In this document: positions 58,001 through 64,000 of the stretch, piece by piece
Position numbering within the stretch: position 1 is the stretch's first letter
Layout of the letters: every line of letters starts with the position of its first letter
From: Tubiluchus corallicola
Lineage: Eukaryota; Animalia; Priapulida
Assembly (NCBI GenBank): GCA_030141605.1
Contig: JAQGDQ010000429.1
Coordinates: 124,001 to 188,000 of the forward strand
Direction of reading: 5' to 3'
DNA length: 64,000 nucleotides
Program-made: the position numbers and the translations under genes
Notes under the pieces: generated by a model
What the model saw: the letters and a program-made list of their open reading frames with translations, nothing else
Database searches by the model: none
Told to the model about the DNA's origin: nothing

Positions 58001-60970
58001 AACAACATACTCTTCGCCCAGCAACAACAGCACATTCTGATCAACAACACACCCAACGTTCGGCTGCTTCTGTCTCCATGGCGACCACCATTCACTCGGC
58101 ATTACTCTGCACTGCCATCCAAAACAACAACAACATACGGCAAAGCTACAGACGGCATGGCTCGCCGTGCACAATGCAGTTCCTGTTGCATGTGGCATTG
58201 TGTATTTGGCTGCCGTGCTGTATTTTATACTCATCATCACTCAACAACACCCTACTGCACCATCAACATTCTGGAACAGGTGCTTCTTATTGTTTACTTA
58301 GCAGGGTCGTAGGTATAGTATAACAAGAACTTGTGATCAAAGATACATTGCTTTATCACAAAAGTTACAATTGCGAGTAAGTGTTAGTAATTTGTAAATA
58401 TCAACTGCACAGCTCAAGTCGGCTTGTTTGTGCTACCAAAGTTGAAAATTAACTAGTTTTGGAATTTGAGGAATTATCCTGGAACTGCAGCAAAACAAGT
58501 TTTATCTTTGATTCTGTCATTATTGATGTTAAATTTAAACAAATTATCGTTACTGCAATTGTAATTTCAGCCTTCAGTTGTTATCAATTACGATTTTGAG
58601 GGTTCCAGGATGCATTTAATCTTTCATAATTTTTTTCGAAATCTAGCTATACCTGTACTCTATAGGAAAGGGAAATTCATTTGACGTGATTTAAGTTTTT
58701 TATTTTCCATGTGAAAACTTGCATTTAGTGCATCTGCAGCTTGTACATTACGTAAGTTAACAAGCTGACATATTTAGCTTAGGCTTATACAATGTGGATT
58801 GTGCCAAGAAAAAACTAAGCCAATTTAAAATCACTAAATTTATGTTAAATATTTTTAACCTATAGAAAAGTTGCGTACATTAGTGTTCATTATCGCAGCA
58901 AATTGAGAATACGTATATGGCGCCTTTTACTTCTTTAGTGTTAAATTTTTGAATTTTAAAATGATCATTGATTTTGCGATGTTTTTATTGATAGCACTCC
59001 ATTTCTTATATGTATTTTATAGGGACAAGGATAGAGAGAGAGGTAGAGAGCGGAAAAGATCTCCTCCTCGAAGACGCAGTCGCAGTGGGTAAACAACTCA
59101 AAATATTTCAAAACCAAAAAAGTGTAATAAGATTTTGTATAGTAAAAATGTTTGATGCTTGTAGTAAATGATCCAGCTGCTAGCAATAGACCTAATTGCA
59201 AATTTTAACGTGTGAAAATAGAAATACTATGTGATATTTGTGAAGATCATACTGTGATTAATTTTTTCTGCTTTTCTTACAGAGAACGGCACAAAAGTTA
59301 CTCTGGTAGTCCTCGCAGGTTAGTTAAGAATAAATGGCTTTTTCATGGAATTATACATTATTCTAGAATCACCAAGTAATTAAGTGAAATAACAAAAATA
59401 AGTAGTGCACTCAGTTGTAGTAGTGCTTTTTAAGTTTTCAAATGCATCCTATTAGTTAATTATCATACAGTAGGTGTCATTTATTAGACACAAGAATGCT
59501 TGGTACAGGCCTTCCTATTCAAATATATATAAAAACTGCTGGCAATTGACTCAAATAACTCCCCACAATTCACTCAGTTAAAATAAAAACACTTGTGTGT
59601 GGCCAAATAGCTTTTATTGCTTTTATGTCATCTTTAGGATGCTTTTGTGTACTATAATAAATGTAGAAACAGTCATGTTAGGTACAGCCTTGTTTGTAAG
59701 CAGGTATGTTTGTCATTATGCGCTAATATGCTAGCATAGTGATTTTATTTTGAATCTGTCACCCGCTCATCTGCTGCAGTTAACCTCTTGGTTTCTGGAA
59801 GCAAAGCTGTGCCCAGCGGTTTGCTGTTGAAGCTCCCTCTGCTTTTCACAGGTCATCACCAACTGCACCTCAAGCACCAGACAATTAAGTGTTTTGCTTG
59901 AATATGTGCAACGTGTAGCAACAGCTTTTCATTGTTTTTACCAACATGAGAATTTCATAAACCAACTTCGTGAATAAATGAAGCAACCAACCTTGCATGA
60001 ATTTTTTGCATTTTTAGTGGTAATAATTCATTTAAAGTCTTTGCAATCCATACATAGGTATAGTCATGACTCACACTTCTGTAGTAGTTATATACTATAC
60101 CCATTGACTAATATTTTCAGTCAGTTAATTGGGTCAAAACACTCAGCCCACAGTGAGTCTATTAAGCGGCACTTACTGTATTTCTGAATTACATAACTGT
60201 TAAAAAGCAAGTTTGCCATTTTGCTAAACCAGGAGCTCTGATCTGCTGGTAGTATCAGGCAATGCAAAAGAAATGTTACCAGAGCAAAGCAAATGTGTGA
60301 TATATCCATTTGTTAAAACTTATAACTGGCATTATTGTAACTAGGGATGTGCATGAATAATTGATTACTCGAAGGTATCTTAGCACTGAGCCAACTTCAT
60401 TGTCCCATAGGAAACAATTTGCTGTCTTTGCAGAAAAACAGTTACTTTGCTGTCAACTCACTGCCTTGGATAATTCACAGGGAAGTCGGTTATACCATGT
60501 ATTGCACATACATGTACTTATCGCTGGCATCAGAGAGCTTAGGGGGTATTTTGAAAAGGTTCATTCAGATACCGTAGAATTTTCATTATGCAAAAATAGT
60601 CAAAGTTATTAAAAGTCAACAAACTCTGCGTTTAATCATTTACACGTACAATTTGTGTTCATGTTCATAGTTCAGTAATTAATACTACAGTTCAGTCCAG
60701 ACTAGAGCATGGGTGCTTGTAAATTTATCTTCCCAGCTCAGTAGACGTCTATGGCTCAAAAGTAAACATAGTTGAGCTGAGACAAGAGCGTTAGTGTGCT
60801 GCTAACTAGTGTTTGACATTGACGTTGCATTTGTTTTCAAGACTGCATTGATTTATATTGCATAATGCTCACACTTTTTGATAAGAAATTATCTAAATGA
60901 CGTATGTATTTATTTATTTGTACATTTTTTTATGTTTAGGTCTAGATCTCGATCTGCAGACAGAAACTGA
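55035..60970 (+). CDS. SRSF3: Serine/arginine-rich splicing factor, SRSF3 (SRp20)/Rbp1-like, 153 aa
   Basis: Exons 55035-55246, 56540-56656, 59023-59088, 59283-59318 and 60940-60970 splice in frame. [12 protein letters not shown]...[43 protein letters not shown], then [10 protein letters not shown] and SRSRSADRN*. No CCHC knuckle exon was found, which favours SRSF3 over SRSF7. Confidence 0.88.
55795..56142. repeat. Tandem duplication of about 155 bp ending in a pogo/Tigger-like TIR
   Basis: Two copies of TGAAATTATATTGGTGG...CAGGGACATAATAAAAT.GTCGTACTACCAAAAG, then TCGTATTATCGGGATTCGACTG-TA. Confidence 0.75.
57916..58279 (+). other. Candidate poison (premature-stop) cassette exon of the SRSF3-like gene
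   Basis: Acceptor TTTCAG ends at 57915. Spliced to the phase-2 exon 2 it reads R-I-L-TAA. The body is C/A-rich (CATCAAC, CAACAAC, CATCATC). Donor CAG|GTGCTT at 58279, with an alternative near 58311. Confidence 0.7.
59852..59888 (+). other. Candidate second alternative stop-containing exon of the SRSF3-like gene
   Basis: Polypyrimidine acceptor CTCCCTCTGCTTTTCACAG; in phase it gives [15 protein letters not shown]. The exon end is not determined. Confidence 0.5.
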
Positions 60971-61422
60971 ATTTCCTGTTTGTGAAATTGTCACATCTTC
61001 ATCCGTTTCAAGTGAATTCATTTGTAAATTTTATTTAATGATTTTTTTGATTTGTCATATTTTGTGAATTAGACTAGAATTTTGTGTAAATTTGTGAATC
61101 TCGATTTATCTATGAGAAAGGCTATCACAACTGCTGTACTAAAATCTTAGTATCAGTAAATTAGATTTTCATTACTGTAGAACATATCAGTAAACATGGA
61201 CATCTTTCGTTTTCATAAATGATATTTGCTAGTGTCCCGCCGCAGTAGTAGGTGCGGTTGCTGTAACAGCTTTTTTTGTTGCCTATGTTATTTATGCTAT
61301 ATCTTATCTTCTTATTTACTGTAAACAATTAACAAAATTTTTCAAACTACAACAAAATTACCTAGCCAGAGATCATCGCAGCTGACTTAATTACTACATA
61401 CAGCTTACTACGTTACTGTAAA

Positions 61423-61973
61423 CAGTGGCGTAGCAAGTGCTTGTGGTGCCTGCGAGTAAAAACACTTCTGGCGCCCAACCTTTTATTGTTTTGGTCAATT
61501 GCTTGGTGGGTGAAACCATAAATTGTGAGTCTGTTTTTTTTCCTTTCTCGACATGATGCAATAAGGACAAACGAATTTTTCCTAAGAATCACCGAGTTTG
61601 ATTTATGCTGCTGCACCAGAATAATTCTTTTCTATGCATAACACGACAGTTCTTTAGCACTCTGTTCCAGCATTAAAACATGCAAAGATTATGAAAGATA
61701 CACTACAAGTTTTCACAATAATATATTCGGCATTTAGAAAAATGCCAGTGTTTCTCCCAAAATTATCGACCTGCTAAGACACGCGCCACCCTGTACACGC
61801 CATTAAGTAACAACATGGCCTTTTTTAAGCTGTACGCAGTAATTTTAATATTTAAACATCGATTTTGTTTTAAGTGCTATGGATTATTTACATTTTTATT
61901 CCTGTGACTGGTTGTGTAGGTAGGGCCCCAGTTGCTTTGCCTGGGCGACTATAGTGCTGTTAAGATAGCCCTG
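61423..61973. mobile_element. Degraded hAT-type MITE fragments
   Basis: CAGTGGCGTAGC start with a degenerate TACACGCCATTA end (~61805). The end near 61973 (GCCTGGGCGACTATAGTGCTGTTAAGATAGCCCTG) resembles the terminus of the 11778 MITE. Confidence 0.5.
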
Positions 61974-64000
61974 GTTAATCTGTGAGTTCACTGCCCACCT
62001 ACTTGTATTAGTGCTGTAACAAATTTAGATGTAATCCACTTCGCCATACAGCTTCAAATAATGCCAGATGGTCGTGGTCAGATGAGTTACTACAATTATT
62101 AGAAACATATTAAGATTACTTGGTTTCTGATCCCGATGTAGTCTAATATTTAGTGGCAACTAAACTGTACTAATGTTACTTTTATACTTTTAACTTATCT
62201 TTAAAATTAGTTGTCTATAGTGGGCTTACAGTCTTGGAATTGAAACTTTTCAATGGAATTTTTTTCAAGTTTCTCCATATTTTTTCGTGATTGTTATGTA
62301 ATACTTCTGGTACTAATAAGTTGTGAACATGCCACGTTTTGCATTTATGTGTGACCTGTAAAGCAATGCCTGAATGTGCAAAATAAAATTCGTTTACCAC
62401 TCAAGATCGTAAAACTAAGCCGAGTTATAACTTAGAAATGCAATTTTTTTAACAAAAGTAAAATTACTTTATTAACACTAAAGCACTACATCATTTCATA
62501 CGTAAATTTCACAAGTGCATTTGCAGTACAAGACATTTTTACAGTACACCCCCAATAACGCGCATGCTGTGATCCACACTTATGAATTTACAAAAACTCC
62601 TTAAAAATCAAATTGTAATATCAGGAGTATCACTTTAACAAGAAGCAAAAATAATGTTACTCGTGTGAAGATGAACAGCAAGAACATAAAAAAGTGAAAT
62701 AAAAGTTTGATTTCATTTTTGTAAAAAAAGTAACACTGCATTTTCTGTTTTGCTAACACAATATCTCGTTTAAAGTCAACACATGGATCAAAATAACTGG
62801 AAATGAACAGCCTGTTTGCCTTTACAATGAAGCTTTGAGAACTTGTGTTATTATTAGTAAATATTGATCATGCTATTTTATGCAAAAGAACGAAATAGTA
62901 GTGGTACTTGTAGTGCAGTGGTAGCAAAATTACAAAGATGCAATGCAATGGCCTAAGACAGTTAACAAACTTTAAAATAACAAGGATATCATACATTCTG
63001 CTTTTTAGTAACAGTATAACACCGTTACAGCAAACCTACTAGGGACTCAGAAAAAGTATTATATAACCGAGGTACTCCAAAAGCATACTCGGCTGAACAA
63101 ATGTGTATGACTATTAGATTGAGAGCATAAAAGTGTATAAATAATTTATAACGTGTGGCTTTTTCGAGGATGTAAATTAAGCCTACCTTTGGAAGATACT
63201 AGCAAGCACCACTTACTTTGCAGTATTTTGAAATTCAATACAGTGTATTCTAAGTGACTTCAATAAACTAAAAATCAATCAACATTTCACATTAAATTGT
63301 ATGTACATGTAATCTGTGGTACATGTTCAATTGTAATTTATGTGACACGTTCAGTAATGTCAGTGAGATTCAAGAAAGTTTTCACACAATTTCTGTTTGT
63401 TCCTTGTCTAAATAGTGTTCGCAAAATTGCCTCAAAGCAACTGCAGTAAGGTTTATCGCCTGGGACATCTTAGCAGTGTGCCGCCAGTGTACGTCACATG
63501 AAACATCTTAGTGTACATATGTAAAGCAGCTAAATAACTCATTGTTTTTATACAGCTAGTAAACAAAATGGCCTTTAGACACGACATGTTAACAACTGCA
63601 TGCTGCATGCTCAACTTTTTTGCAGCACCAGAAATGACCGGTTAAATTTAACTGCAAATTAATTTAAAAACGGCTCGCAAATTTAAGGTATGCAATAAAA
63701 ATCTACAAATACAAAATAATGCAGGCAATGGAGCCTTACAATAAGTCCGCAATACCCAATAAACGAGTATGTTGTATTCAATGCAGTTATACTAGTTAAA
63801 TAAATATAAACGTTTTTTCTTTCTTTGCCAGTTTGCATTATCGGTGTCTAAGCAATAAACCACGCCCGCTGTAATAGTGTCATACTGTACTGCTCCGCAA
63901 CAATGAAACTAACCTTACACGTGCATGAGCCAGAATACAATAAGGTTTTTTATACAACACAAGAAAAATTTGTACAATTCAAGGAATTACTTATTTTAGT

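Noticed and set aside
57895-58323. 142-aa and 105-aa ORFs as an independent protein-coding gene
   Set aside because: No recognisable domain. Openness is explained by C/A-rich composition, and the segment fits a poison exon whose spliced frame stops at once.
56540-59088. Assignment to SRSF7/9G8
   Set aside because: The exon ends at YPDDR where 9G8 continues into a CCHC knuckle, but no knuckle-encoding exon was found downstream.
62000-64000. Additional gene at the window end
   Set aside because: No credible exon or ORF; it may be the 3' UTR of a minus-strand gene beyond the window, but that is not demonstrable.

Overview
This is AT-rich eukaryotic (invertebrate animal) genomic DNA with GT-AG spliceosomal introns; a lophotrochozoan-like source is inferred only. 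I reconstructed four host genes by manual splicing. (1) The 3' part (17 exons) of a CLIP-170/CLIP1 gene, + strand 56-15945. (2) A convergent HMMR/RHAMM gene, - strand 22128 to at least 32955, with a 2.17-kb coiled-coil exon. (3) An intronless eukaryotic glutathione synthetase CDS, + 40723-42156, flanked by apparent UTR introns. (4) An SRSF3/SRp20-like SR splicing factor, + 55035-60970, with two candidate stop-containing alternative exons rich in C/A motifs. Introns and intergenic DNA hold many mobile elements: hAT and Tc1/pogo MITEs, a recurrent MITE family (one copy split by a CR1-like LINE), a tRNA-derived Nin-type SINE, two broken hAT transposases and a Gypsy 3' remnant. Several long intronic palindromes carry decayed minimal hammerhead-ribozyme cores, probably Penelope-like relics. 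No prokaryotic or CRISPR system is present. All family assignments come from remembered motifs, not database searches.
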